Of a stretch of 64,000 nt of DNA, positions 1-12,800 are shown one piece after another (position 1 is the stretch's first letter; each line of letters begins with the position of its first letter). This stretch comes from Takakia lepidozioides (taxonomy: Eukaryota > Plantae > Bryophyta), in contig CM060733.1 of assembly GCA_030704615.1 (NCBI GenBank), positions 68,386,001-68,450,000 of the forward strand, given 5' to 3'. Made by a program: the position numbers and the translations under genes. The notes under the pieces are model-generated. The model saw only the letters and a program-made list of their open reading frames with translations, searched no databases and was not told the DNA's origin.

Positions 1-3
1 GGC

Positions 4-3000
4 TTGAATACAACATTCCGAAATAGGTTCAGGACAAGTAAAACTGAGGATGAAGTGTATGGAAGTTTACAACAGTTAAAGCAAAAGAAGCATGAAACTG
101 TTGAGGAGTATATGGAAAAGATGGAATTGTTGATGAAAAAGCTGGCTGCTGTACCAGCACCAGGTTTACAGAAGACTTGGTTTGTGAGTGGACTAAGACC
201 AGAGTTGCAAAAGAAAGTGGATATGTTACCCCATAATACAGTGGAGGAGGCATTTGAAACAGCGAACAGAATTGAGCAATTGGGAATGCTCAGGAGAGAG
301 AAAAAGGATGATGAGGACTCTGAGGATGAGTCAGATGAGGAAGAAGAGCAAGAGCTGAAAAGGAAGAGTAAGAGGAAGGAGAAGTTGAAGAGGGATAACT
401 ATGAGAAAAGATTAGAAGAAATCTTGAAGAAGTATGCCACAGAGGCTGCAACACATTGGAGGAAGGGTGTTTGGTGTGCAAAGTGCCAGAATGAAGGCCA
501 TACCACCACTGAATGCCACATGAAGGAGAAACATTGTACTATCTGTAAAATGGATAACCATTCTACTGAGAATTGTTACTACAACAGAAGGACAGCAGCT
601 AGAGAACCTAGGCAAGTAAGGGTGCATCAAGTGCAGCCCCAGCCAAGAAGAAACAGTGATCAGGACCACTATGGTAGGCCTGGTGGTTATAACAATGGCA
701 TGGAAGGGAGAGGTAATCCAAGAGGGAATTACCAAGGAAATTCCAGAGGCAACTATCAGGGTAATCCAAGGGGGAATTACCAGCCAGGGAATCAGGATTA
801 CAGAAACAATTCCAGAACAGACCAAGGGCGAGGACCTAATGGGAAGAACTGTGTTACTATTGTAATCAGGCAGGCCATCGCAAGGCAGCCTGTCCATTCT
901 GGATCAGACACCAGAATGAGATGAGAGCTCCTGTGAATGAGGGCCAGTGGTGGCAGCTCACATGGTTAGGCCATGTGTTGTACCAGAAGTAAGTACAATG
1001 ATAGTAACAAGAAGCAAAGCCAAACTAATACCTCCAGTAGATGAGGAAGATGATGATAATGAAGATGGCAGTGATGTGCCTGAAGATGATGAGGCTTGGA
1101 GAGATGAGAAGGAACTGCACAAGGAAGTGGCAGATACCATAAGGGAAATGCAGAAGAGTACTGATATTCCTATGGCAGATTCCTCTGATTCTGAAAGAGA
1201 AGAGGAAGTGAGTGAGGATGAAGGGAAGAAAGAAGCTGCAGACATGCAGAGTAATGAAGGGACTTTGGCTGAAGTAATATGCCAGTCCAAAGCGGAGATT
1301 ACCATTGGACAGCTATTGGCTGTGGCACCTTATTGTAGACACAGGCTGTATCAAGCAATCAATCGAATTGCCCATGTGACAGGGAACACAGACCTGAACA
1401 GCAAGGTGACCAGTTATAATGTGAAGCCGGAAGGGCGAGAAACAGTCATGGACTTTGATGATTCTATGCCAGTAATCCAATTGAGAATTGGAAGCACAGA
1501 ACTAACTGACTGATAGATGGAGGCTCTGGAGTGAATATCATGACAGACCAATTAAGGCAGAAGCTTGGTCTAAGTAACATGAAACCAGCCCCATTTACAG
1601 TAACAATGGCAGATCAAAGAAGTGTACAGCCATTGGGATTGATAAGAGGAGTTAAGATACAGATTCAAAAGATGATCTTTATGATCACAGTAACTGTGTT
1701 GAAAATGGATGAAGTCATGGAAGCTTACTCCTTATTGTTGGGACGTCCGTGGCTGAAACAGGCCAGGGTATTCCATGACTGGAATTCCCAGTTACTAACT
1801 GTGCATGATGGGATGCACAAGATACAAATTACCACTAAGAAATCTAGTAGATTACCTGCTACGAGAAGACCTCGAGGGGTCAGGGAGTATGACTGGAGGG
1901 GAAGGACTTGATGAGGAGCAGGAAGCTACCCTGTTCGCTGCACACCCAGAGTGGGAGCAGGTTGCAGAGATGCAGCTGGAAGGCCTAAGTTGTTTAAAAG
2001 GTATCTGCTGTGGTGTAGTGACAGCAACACCAATTGAGGGTGAAACAAGCAGTTACCCACCACATTTCTATGAAGAAAGAGAGGGAGAAATGGAAATCCT
2101 AGAGGAACCAGCCACTGTGAGTTTACAGGATGAAGTGGTGACTGGTTGGACAATCACAGCTGATGAGCAGGTGAGAGAAGTGAATGTGGGAACTGAAGAG
2201 GAACCGAGGATGGTGAAGGTAGGGGCTGATTTGGAGCCAGAATTCTTTGAGGAAGCTAAGAGTTTGTTCATCAAATACAGAGATGTATTTGCTTGGAGCT
2301 ACGAGGATCTAAAAGGGATACCACCTGAGATCTGTCAGCATAAGATTGAACTGGAACCAGGGTCAGTACCAATCAAACAGGCAAGGTACAGAATGAATCC
2401 CAACTATGCACAGAAGGTTGGAGAAGAGATCAAGAAGTTGGCTGAGGCTAAGTTTATATACCCGATAGAGTATACAACTTGGTTGTCACCCATTGTGATA
2501 GTTCCCAAGAAGAATGGTAAACTGAGAGTTTGTGTGAACTATAAGAAGTTGAATGCTTGCACGAAGAAAGATCCTTTTCCCTTGCCATTCACAGAAGCGG
2601 TATTGGACACTGTGGCAGGCCATGAGATGTACTCATTCATGGATGGCTTCAGTGGTTATAATCAAGTGCAAGTGGCAGTGGCAGAAGAAGACCAGGGAAA
2701 GACAGCTTTCATCACAGACTGGGGTGCTTATGCATACAAAGTCATGCCTTTTGGACTTTGTAATGCACCAGCAACCTTTCAGAGAGTGATAAGTGAATCT
2801 TTTCATGAGTATCTGGATGATTTCATGCAGGTGTTCTTGGATGATTTCAGTGTGTACAGCTCTAAGAATGAGCACTTGCATAAATTGGAGTTATGTTTGG
2901 CCAGATGCAGGATGAGAGGTCTGGGCCTGAATCCAGAGAAGTGTACTTTCTGTGTGAACTCAGGGGTGCTTTTGGGACACATTGTGTGTAAAAGGGGACT

Positions 3001-4940
3001 TCTTGTGGATCCCAGGAAGACAGAGGCCATTAAAGCCTCTCCACCACCAGTAAATGTTAAAAGTCTAAGGAGATTCCTTGGACAAACCAGTTATTACAGA
3101 AGATTTGTCAAAAGGTATGCACAGATAGCAGCACCATTGAGCAAGCTTCTGAAGAAAGATGCAGTGTTTGCATGGACAGCTGAATGTCAACAGGCTTTTG
3201 AGGAACTTACATTGTCAGTAACAACTACACCTGTGCTGATTAACCCTCACTGGCATGTAGTATTTCATGTTCACTGTGATGCCTCAGGGGAAGCGTTGGG
3301 AGCAGTGTTAGCCCAAAATGAAAAATATATTCATTCAACTGTGTACTATGCTAGTAGGTTGATGAACAGTGCTGAAAGGAACTATAGCACAACTGAAAGA
3401 GAAGCACTGGCAATGATTTATGCAGTCAAGAAATTCAGGCATTACCTATTGGAAGAAAGTTTATGTTTTATGTGGATCACCAGGCTCTGATATATCTGGT
3501 GAACAAACCTTTGATAAGTGGAAGATAGCAAGGTGGTTAATAATCTTGCACGAGTTTGAGTTCGAAGTTGTTTACAAGCCTGGCCATTTGCATCTTGTGG
3601 CAGATCATTTGTCACGCCTAACAACAGGAGAGCTGGCCACAGGAGTAGACGACCAATTACCTGATGCGAGTTTATTTGCAATGGAGGTGCAGGGAAGTGC
3701 AGATGAATGGTTAGATTGGCAGTGGCCAATCAGATACTACCTTACTCATGGTCAGTGCCCACCTAGTTATGGTAAGGAGCAGAGGAAGAGAATCGTTATC
3801 AAGGCTTTACCTTATACTATGGTAGGGGGCAGAATGTATAAGCTAGGACCTGATGGAGTACTTAAACGATGCTTGTACCACCATGAAGTAAATAAAGTTT
3901 TGGAGGAAGTTCATAAAGGAGTGGCTGGAGGTCATTTTGGAGAAGAGACTACCAGTAGGAAAATACTACTTGCAGGTTACTGGTGGCCTACTTTGTTCAA
4001 AGATGTACACAAGTATTGTCAGAGTTGTGATGAGTGTCAGAGGCTAGGACCTTTGCAGAGATTGGGAAGATGGCTTTGCATCCTACGATGCCTACTGAAC
4101 CATTTCAGAAATGGGGACTAGACTTTGTTGGACCAATTAACCCACCAGCCAAGAACACACAGAACAAGTACATAATTACAGCCACTGATTATACTACGAA
4201 GTGGGTGGAAGCTAAAGCTCTGAGGGACAACACAGCCAAGTCCACAGCAAGGTTCTTGTATGAGAACATACTTACATGATTTGGCTGTCCCCTGGAATTT
4301 ATCAGTGACCAGGGAAGTCACTTCATTAATGGACCATTGAACTATTGACTAAGGAGTTCATGATTGTGCATAGGAAGAGTACAACATATTACCCACAGGT
4401 AATGGGCAGGCAGAGGCTACCAACAAAATACTAGTACTATCTTGGCTAAGATAGTCATGCAAACAGAACGGATTGGGATACAAAGCTGCTGACAGCTTGT
4501 GGTCATACAAGACTTCATATAGTCACCACTAAGTATACACCATTCCAATTAGTTTATGGTATGGAAGCTTTACTTCCAGTGGATTCTTGTTACCTACCAT
4601 GAGAACTGAATGGGAGGAGAATGGAATTGGAAGATTCAATTAAGGTTCATGAAACATGACTTATACCATGTGGAAGAATACGTGCTGATGCAGCTGATAA
4701 CATGACAGAATTATATGAAGAGAAGGAACATTTGATGAAGGTAATTAAAGACTTTTAGACGGGAGATTTGGTTCTGTGGTGCAGAAGAAGGGGAAGATTA
4801 AAGCTTCTAAGCTTAAATCACCATGTCAAGGACCTTATGTTATACAAAAGATTATGATAACACACCGTCTATGTTACAAACCATTAACAAGAAATGCTGG
4901 AAAGAGTCAATGCCAATAAGTTGAAGGGGTACAGTGGTAT
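4..4940 (+). pseudogene. gag-pol: Gypsy A1 gag-pol, frameshifted
   Basis: CCHC knuckles (CAKCQNEGHTTTEC, CTICKMDNHSTENC), protease IDGGSG..LLLGRPWL, RT (DGFSGYNQ, MPFGL, FLDD), RNase H (HCDAS, NYSTTERE), integrase ([16 protein letters not shown]); many small indels after about 4270. Confidence 0.95.
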
Positions 4941-5006
4941 CCATGTACAACCATTGCAGCACGATTTGCATGTTGAAACGCAAAAACAGTCACGGGCTGC
5001 GCCAGT

Positions 5007-5762
5007 TGTCGCGGCCCTGGCCTTGAGGGCAGGGGGGTCGGGACACAAATGGGCTGCCCCTGTGGTGGGGCAGTGGCAAGCGATAGTATGGGGGCTGAAG
5101 CCCCTTGAGTGCCCAAGGCACTCAAGGAGGCGGAGGCGCTCACTAGGTGGAGCCCCGCACACCGGGTTGCGGTGGGGGGGGTTCCACAAGGTGGTGGTGG
5201 TAGCTAGCGGGACTTAGTGGGGGTGGCATAGGACTCACCCTCCTGGGGCGGAGACCTCGTGGTGGTAGTCGTGTGGAGTCTTGTGACTCATCCGGTCCAT
5301 AGGGGGGCCTGTTGTGGGTGGTCCAAGACTCTCACCTCGACTCCTCACCGGAGTTGAGGGGTTTTGTTGAGAGTCGCGGTGTTCGTGGTGGTTCGCCATA
5401 ACATAAAATGGCATGTTTGTTTGTGAAACCCCCACGGATAGCTACAGAAGTATATATATGGAGTATAACCCCGAGAACGTTGCAAGCCCGTTGGTGACCA
5501 AAAACTAGTGAGTAAGCAGCGAGCCCGGAAAGCAAACCAAGAGTGGGGAGCTGTTCCGGACTGCCAACTACCAAAGGGAATTCCGCTGGTTCCAAATCGT
5601 TGGAGGGTGTTCTTGGGAGATCAAAGGGAACCTTATGCCCCTGTGTATCAGGCACCGAAGCTCCACAAGTTGGCCCGGCGGCCAGTTTGGAGTTTAGGCC
5701 GCGCGCATCAAGCGAGCGACTATGACTTGAGGGGGGAGCTCACCGACGGAGTGGGCGCGACA
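5007..5762 (+). mobile_element. Solo LTR of Gypsy family B
   Basis: TGTCGCGG...GCGCGACA, homologous to the reverse complement of 37629-38352; CAGT direct repeat on both flanks (5003-5006, 5763-5766). Confidence 0.92.
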
Positions 5763-5844
5763 CAGTGATACCAACGGAGTATGGAGCACCTTGTCGCTAA
5801 GCCGAGCGTATATACCAGTGCGGAAGTACAGGTGTTCGCGTAGC

Positions 5845-6075
5845 TATCATAGCCCATCACAGCATGACAGCATCACAACAACAGCTCACCACAGCACACA
5901 TCAAACATCGTGACACACACGCAATCATAGCCCATCACAGCGTGACACCACCTATCCACAAACCAATGCCCTCACCAATCCGCGTCACCCAGCCTATCAC
6001 ACACCCACATCCCCACGCACATTGCCCCCCACAGCCTGTCACAGCCCAACATAGCCCATGCAGGTTCACAGTCCA
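5845..6075 (+). repeat. Degenerate CACAGC-rich tandem repeat in the Gypsy A 3' region
   Basis: Repeated cacagc/atcacagc/atagccc units resembling those in the family A LTR. Confidence 0.55.
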
Positions 6076-6436
6076 TAGGGTCAGTGACAGGTGGACGCGA
6101 ATTAACGTTAGAAAAGTGGCCATCAAGTGAAGAAAAAGTTTGGAAGTCAAACTTGGAGAATGTGCCACGCGGAGAGGGGAAGTCGGGGGCATGTTTAGAA
6201 ACGGACACGTGGCCACTAAGGCGAAGCACACCGCACTGCATCGATTGCAAAAGTGGGTTTCATCATGCAAGAGGACAAATAGGGCCGTCAAAGTACCTAC
6301 CTACCCGGTACAACAGCTAATACTAATTGTGGGCCCATTAATGCATTCAGTGTAAGGGTAACGGAACCCTTTTCGAGTACAGAAAAGGGAAACCCATGTG
6401 CTGTCCTACTGGACATTCCAGGTGGGAATTTCCATG

Positions 6437-6520
6437 GGGGGCTGCTATTTCATGAGCCATGAGCCATGAGCGGCATGAGCCATGAGCAGAGTCGTAAGTG
6501 TGGAAAAAAACATGAGCAGC
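6437..6520 (+). repeat. Left TIR plus subterminal (CATGAGC)n heptamers
   Basis: catgagc tandem copies directly inside the TIR. Confidence 0.85.
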
Positions 6521-6899
6521 ACTATTTTCCGGAAATGAGTGTCCGCGGGAATAGGGTTTAGGGTGCCACGGTCATAGGGGGAGAAGGACCTCCCGATGAA
6601 GGAGGTTCGGCAATGTTATTTAGAATTATATATTGAAAGGCAATGTTTCGCGAATGGTAGGGTGGTACTGCTCTGTACAATGGGGGCCCATTTCAGCCTA
6701 CCAGCCACTTGCAAAATCCACCCACACTCCCAATCCCAAACGAAATGAGCAATGACGCATTCTCGGAACGATGGACACAAAATAGAATAAAAAGAGGGCA
6801 CAATGAGGTTTTTATTGATCCACATGAATTGCATTTGAAGCACGTCTACTGTGCTGATTGTGCAATCAAATCTTTAGCCCTGTGCCTACTGAATACAAG

Positions 6900-7463
6900 T
6901 CACGTTGTCAATGGGACTTCGACTGCTCTCAGAACTAGCTCATGAGTCATGGGGCTCCTCCAGGTAAAGTCGATTGCAGCCGTTGTACCGCCCCTAGTGA
7001 TGTTCACCACAATGTCCTGCCCTTCAATCATACCACCATCGAATATGGAAATCTTCACGTTTTCGTCGTCCACACCAATGCGAATGTCCCCATACAATGG
7101 AGAAGAGGAGCGCACTCCTTCAGGAGAATAGGTCTCTCCGATGGAGTCCACCCACGTCCAGTGGCAGCAGTTCCACCGCAACAGCATAGCAGTGCGCCTT
7201 CTTCTGCATGGGTGACCGTCGTAGCTGGGAAAATCGGAATCGAGGATGCGCAGGAGCCACGGACTCCTCAGACCAAGATCGTCACCCCGCTCGAAGGCGT
7301 AGTGGCCTAGGATATACTCAAAAGCCACCAATGTTTCCACAATCGAACCAGTATCTTCTCTGTAATCTGTGTACCAGATAACAATGTCTCCCGATGTGGC
7401 CGAATACATTGCATAATCGATGCCTCCAAATGGGCAGTCGTCCCGGTTCCGGAAGCACGGCAT
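6900..7463 (-). CDS. Unknown ~187-aa MULE cargo protein, paralog 1 (ORF open upstream to 7730)
   Basis: Aligns by eye over its length with 8013-8589 (MPCxRNxxDCP, DYAM, FERG, PWxLxIxD, RWNCCxWT, YGDIR, DGGxIxGxDIVV, ELVLRxxEVP). Confidence 0.7.
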   Translation of the reverse strand: MPCFRNRDDCPFGGIDYAMYSATSGDIVIWYTDYREDTGSIVETLVAFEYILGHYAFERGDDLGLRSPWLLRILDSDFPSYDGHPCRRRRTAMLLRWNCCHWTWVDSIGETYSPEGVRSSSPLYGDIRIGVDDENVKISIFDGGMIEGQDIVVNITRGGTTAAIDFTWRSPMTHELVLRAVEVPLTT

Positions 7464-8012
7464 CCTTGCAAAGGAGGACCTGAGGACGACTTGGATGCCG
7501 ATGACCTTGCGGACAGCTACGAAGCCCTTAGATTTTGGAAATGATGCGAAGCGGAAGAGCAGTCCGGCCTCCAATAATGGAGCATCTGGGTCCCACGTAC
7601 CCACCGACGGAGGTGGAACGTATTCATCACGCCAGCGGTGGATGAACCCATACATCTTTCTCATCAACAAGTTATAGTTTGAGATCTGCCACCGAAGTCC
7701 ATCCCCCCGGATGGAAATTCGGCGCCGCATTTACATCGAAGAGGGGATGGACTTCGTCGTGTCCAGTGGCTATCGGCCCACCTGGCAGTGACTGCCCATA
7801 GTTTGCATGGCAGGGTAGGAAACTGAAACGGCTACATTCATGCAGCAGCCAATCTTCATCGGTCCAGGATCCTGTAGGGGGAAATTTAAATGTGCCCTGG
7901 AGTGTTTGTGAGGAATTGCAGCGTTAGCTTGAACTTTTTCCAGCCACCGCGCTGCTCCTCCTCCATCCGGGAGCTGCTGTCATTGAGCGTACTCCGCTAC
8001 TCTTTTTCAAGG

Positions 8013-8589
8013 ATGCCGTGCCGCCGAAATCCAGCCGACTGCCCTTATCATGGCCACGATTATGCTATGTTCAAACCAGAATCAGGAGACATCATTGTCT
8101 GGCTCTCTGTTTTCACAGACGCTGCTGGAATCAAGCAAGAGTCTTTGCGCGCAATGGAGTATCTGGAGGGCTATTACCGCTTTGAGCGAGGTGAGGGCGA
8201 GGGTCAATGCGGTCCGTGGGTCCTGAAAATTGTTGACCTCGATATACCAAGCTGGAAAGGGATGCCGGACAGATCACGCACGGCCTCGCTTTGGCGCTGG
8301 AACTGCTGCCAGTGGACCAGGGAGGACGGCACCGGGGAAAACTATATACGTGCAGATCACTCCGCTCTTCCAGTGTATGGAGACATTCGGCTGAGTTGCG
8401 AAGACGAATCGCACGGGCACATGAGGCCCAGTGACCTTGTCAATGTATGATGGTGGTATCATTGATGGACATGACATTGTCGTCGGCTCCAGCAAGGGCA
8501 GCAGAACGACCGAATTGCAGTTTACCTCGAGGTGCCGCAGCAGTGATGAGCTTGTTTTGAGGGGTATCGAAGTTCCGTCGACTTGGTGA
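8013..8589 (+). pseudogene. Unknown MULE cargo protein, paralog 2 (one frameshift near 8440)
   Basis: Same motifs as 6900-7463; the C-terminus MYDGGIIDGHDIVV...ELVLRGIEVPSTW lies in a second frame. Confidence 0.68.
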
Positions 8590-8845
8590 AGCCCATGTAG
8601 AAGGAGGAAGGGCTTAGTTTTGTCTGCAGTTGGTAAATGTGAGACATCGTGTCCGATCAATAAACCCATCGTACCTCACTTCTGTATGATTGTGTTTCAT
8701 TCTGTTGAATAACTGTCGGAATTGGCCCACTGTTTACAATTTGATGTCTCATTTCTACAATTTGTCTGTCCGGATGAATATACCAGAGTAACCGGTATGA
8801 GAGTCATGTGTCAAGAATATACCAGAGTAACGCCATGTCGGCATC

Positions 8846-9680
8846 GAAATGCGGCACCGCATTTCCATGTCGGACATTGGAATGCGGTGCCGCATTTCCA
8901 TGTCGGACATTGGAATGCGGTGCCGCATTTCCATGTCGGACATTGGAATGCGGTGCCGCATTTCCATGCCGACATGGAAATGTATGAACCGCATTTCAGT
9001 GTCGGACAATGGAATGCGGTGCATCATTTCCGTCCAGGTACACGAAATACCAACACGGGTCTATAAATTGGACAGACAACGAGGTTGGCATTGCAAATGC
9101 GGCGACGCATTTCCAGCTTGGCAATGGAAACTTCTTTTTGGACAAGGGAATGCGGTGCCGCATTTCCGTCCAACACTTCGAAAAGTGCACCCATTTCCGA
9201 CCAGCGCGATGGAATGCGTTACCGCATTTCCGTGAGAGGGTCTGCAAATGGACAAATTGCGATGTCCGTTCTGGAAATGCGGCGCCGCATTTCCATGTCC
9301 GTCATCGACTTTTTTTTTACAATGGAATGCGGTGCCAATTTTTGCTGATGGGCCTGCAGTTCGAACAACGACCATCCCCAATATGGAAATGCGGCACCGC
9401 ATTTCCAATTCCGCCATCTCGACCTCCTTGTTCGACCTCCTTGTTCGACCTCTGTAAGCGTGGTGGCATCCATGCAATGAGCGGGAGAGCCAAAACTGGC
9501 GTGTGGACAAAGGAAATTTTGGAAATGCGGCACCGCATTTCCAATCGGCCGATTACTTTTTACTATGCCAACATTGAAATGGAAAATTTAGTCCCTCCCC
9601 TGTTTTGGAAATGCGGTGCCGCATTTCCAAAAGAGGTTTTTAGAGTTGCCAAAATTTTGGAAATGCGGTGCCCCATTTCT
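8846..9680. repeat. Palindrome array 1: about 15 copies of GGAAATGCG-N4-CGCATTTCC
   Basis: First four copies at a 33-bp period (ccatgtcggacattggaatgcggtgccgcattt), then irregular spacing. Confidence 0.9.
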
Positions 9681-9815
9681 GATTTTGGGAGCGTCGTGGT
9701 TTGGGCGATTGTGTGGCTGGAATGCACACTGGAGAGGGGTCACGAATGTCGGGAGAATTTCCTTTATATACTCTGGAAGAGAATTTACATTTACAGAGAC
9801 TTCATTAAAATTCTA

Positions 9816-12800
9816 TTAATCTTGAAAATCATCCGAATCCTCATCCTGTTCTAGACTGTCCTGCTCCGCCTCCACCCCCTCAGTGCCTTTCTCATCTCCA
9901 GCGGACTGCTCGTTGGCCAGGCTTTCGAAAATCCCATCTTCCCCTTGCGGAACTGTCCATCTCACCTCCGTTGGGTCGTCTTCCTCCCTGTCTGCGTCGC
10001 TCTCATCCGCTGAATCACATATGTACTTTCGTACCCGTCTACCTGTCTGAGCTGCTGCCAACTCTTTCCTCCCTAGCCCTCTCCAAAATCTGCTCTACTT
10101 TACTGGGATTCTCACTTCTTCTAATCGCTGTATTTGCGAGTTTAGCTGCATAACTAGGAAGGGAGTAGTCCCTCACCGGGCTCGTCATGAAGTCGGCCCT
10201 CGCAAAGAACGGGACATTCTTCCTGGCAGGAAGTGTAGGCCCTACATGTTTCGACCCGGACCCTGCAATCCTGCACATGACAATCATCAACGAGACTAAT
10301 GAGAACCACAGTCGGGAAATTCGTTTGACAAAAATGACCCAGAAGGCTTTGCAAACTTACAATGTTTGCACTCACTCGTATTCCGGGTTCTCCTCCGCAT
10401 CAATGTCCACTGTGTCTTCCTCGGACTCCGACGAATCCGAGGAGACTTCCGCTCTGTTGGGAGCCTTAACATTCCGTTGCAGCCCTTCCAGATGGGATCC
10501 CCACACGGATGAATCCTCCTCGTAGGCAAAGAGGTGCCGGTCGGAAAACCGCCCAGCCCACATTGAGGCACCTGTTACAATGCCATCCACACATTACCAC
10601 ATGGCGCTTCAGATGTTGCGAACTACATCCTAACGAGAATTTGCAGAACAGCATAGATCAAGATTCTGCATACCTGTCCCACAGATGAGGTCGAGCACTG
10701 TGCCCTCCACGTCTGTGCATGTCTCCATAATTGTCTGAATGAAGGCAGGGCTCCGAGTCCGTGAGTACCGCAGGGGTTCCGTTGAAGTGAGGCTATGAGG
10801 GAGAAGTTCCTTGGGAACGTTGTTGAACAGAACGTCGTAATCGAGGGGGTCGCAGTTCGGGTCAACCTTTCCTCCCTCCTTCCGGAAAGCAAAGGTGGAG
10901 TTCTCCTTCACAAAGCAGTATGCATCGAACTGCTTCGTCTGCATACACAGGGGGGAACGATTAGAAACCGAATGCGGCACCGCATTTGAAAACACCCAAG
11001 CAAATGAATGGACGAGTGCCAGTGTCGTAATCACCTTCTTCCCTTCCGACCGAAGGCCCAGTGTGTTGATGCACGTCCACTTCTTTTTCAGAATCGGGAC
11101 GGCGCTCTTGCGGGTCCACTTCGCAATTCCTGTCTGAGTGTTTTTTCCTCTGCTCGCCAGGACAACCACACAGCCTCTGTCGTCCAACACCATGCGGGCA
11201 AGCCCGAATCCTTTCTTCCAAAAGTCCTCCGAGTACCTGTTCCAAGATGGCAAAGCTTGCAGTCCTTCCACAGGCTCTCCGTCCGGAATATCCAAGATGA
11301 TCATATCGCAAGACCACTCGGTGGCATTTCCGCCCCTCCTACAATCCTTGTCTGCACACACCCTCTCAAAGAACGAGACCATATTCTGAAATCCTGGGGT
11401 GTCGGAAGGCTCTTCGGCAGTCGCCTTCTTCAGTGCTCTGCCCTTCAGACCCTCCATGGTCTTCATGTATGCCAACTTGGCTGCCCGTCCATCCAAAGCC
11501 GCCAAGAAACTCTCATTTACACACTGGACTACTGTTTCGGGAGCCACTTTCGGCCTCTTCATTTCCACCGGCTCGAAAGGGTGCCCCCCTGGGGGTTGAA
11601 GAGTGCCTTCTTTGCCGAGCCAGTTCTCGTGCCTGTCGTGACAACGGTGGGCACAGGGGAGGCAGCCTGCGTTTGGGGGGGTCACGTAGCAGTTCAGGGA
11701 ATTCATTTCAGAAAAGCAAATCTGGGGAAGTACCTTGAATTACCTGGAACCACCAGTCATGCGGTTGAGCCACACATCCACTGTAGGGTCGGAAACTTCG
11801 AGTGGAAAAGACCACATTGTCCTTATGCTCTCGGATGCATTCCAGATCGACAGCCACCGTGTCTGCCATTTCCGATCCAATGTCAGGAGCTGGAAGAGAG
11901 TGGCTATTGCTAGGAAGGAACTTCAGTGCATTGAAACCTCACCTTCTCTTTCGCCTCAACACATGCCGTTGAGAGGTGATGCAGTTTCTCCAATTGCATG
12001 GTCGGCTGCATGGCCCGAGAATAGTGTTTTGCAATCTCGGGGATGAAGTCCTTTCCAAGTGCCGGATCTGCAATTGCCACCAGCTTCACAAGCTTTGACT
12101 TGTATTTGGTTCTGGACTTGACACCGGCTTCCTTCAAGTGCTCAGTCAATGACTGCAACGTTTTCACCTGCCCCTCACTTTCCATGAAGAAGCGTTTGGC
12201 ATGGGCCAAATCCAGCTTGATGTTTGACTGCCAACAAAAACATGCAGAAGCGTTACATTCGATTCATGTGGAAAGATTACTGGAAATTTCAATCTGAAGG
12301 ATGAGCAGAGGGAAATCGGAGGACGACTTACTTCGTATATCACCTCCACCATTCCATCCATAGTGAGACGATACCATGTCCGGTTAGTTTTTGCCACGGC
12401 TTTCTGAATGAGCTCGGGCTCCAGCATTTCCGCAAACATGTGCGGATCAGTGAGACCAGTTTTCCTCACCCTGTACAGCATATGTGCCATGTGGGTATGC
12501 ACGTACGCATTTTCAGTGACCTGCAAGGCACACTCTCCAGTTCAGTCCACGAAGCACGGAAACAAAACAGATTGGAAACCGAAATGCGGCACCGCATTTC
12601 GAACGTGCTTGGGAGGGTATGAGTATCTTACGAGTTGAGGTCCGCCATGGCATTCTTGAGCAAGGAGGAGTCTGCCGCCTTCACCTTGAGGATGACACAC
12701 TCCACCATGTAATGCCAGCCAATGTGCTTGGCATGGTTCTGCTTGATGTACTCCCACCAGGCGAGAAGTCGGTGATTCCCGTCCCACACAAAGAACATTT

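Noticed and set aside
5003-5766. 4-bp TSD as a distinct integration mode for family B
   Set aside because: Other B insertions have 5-bp TSDs, and a single-base loss explains this case
6552-6564. Telomere-like TAGGGTTTAGGGT
   Set aside because: Under two units; at most a telo-box
8722-9854. Many overlapping ORFs with repeated MRCRIS/NAVPHF/KCGAAF peptides (also 14461-16184 and 62311-63663)
   Set aside because: They are translations of the palindrome arrays in all six frames
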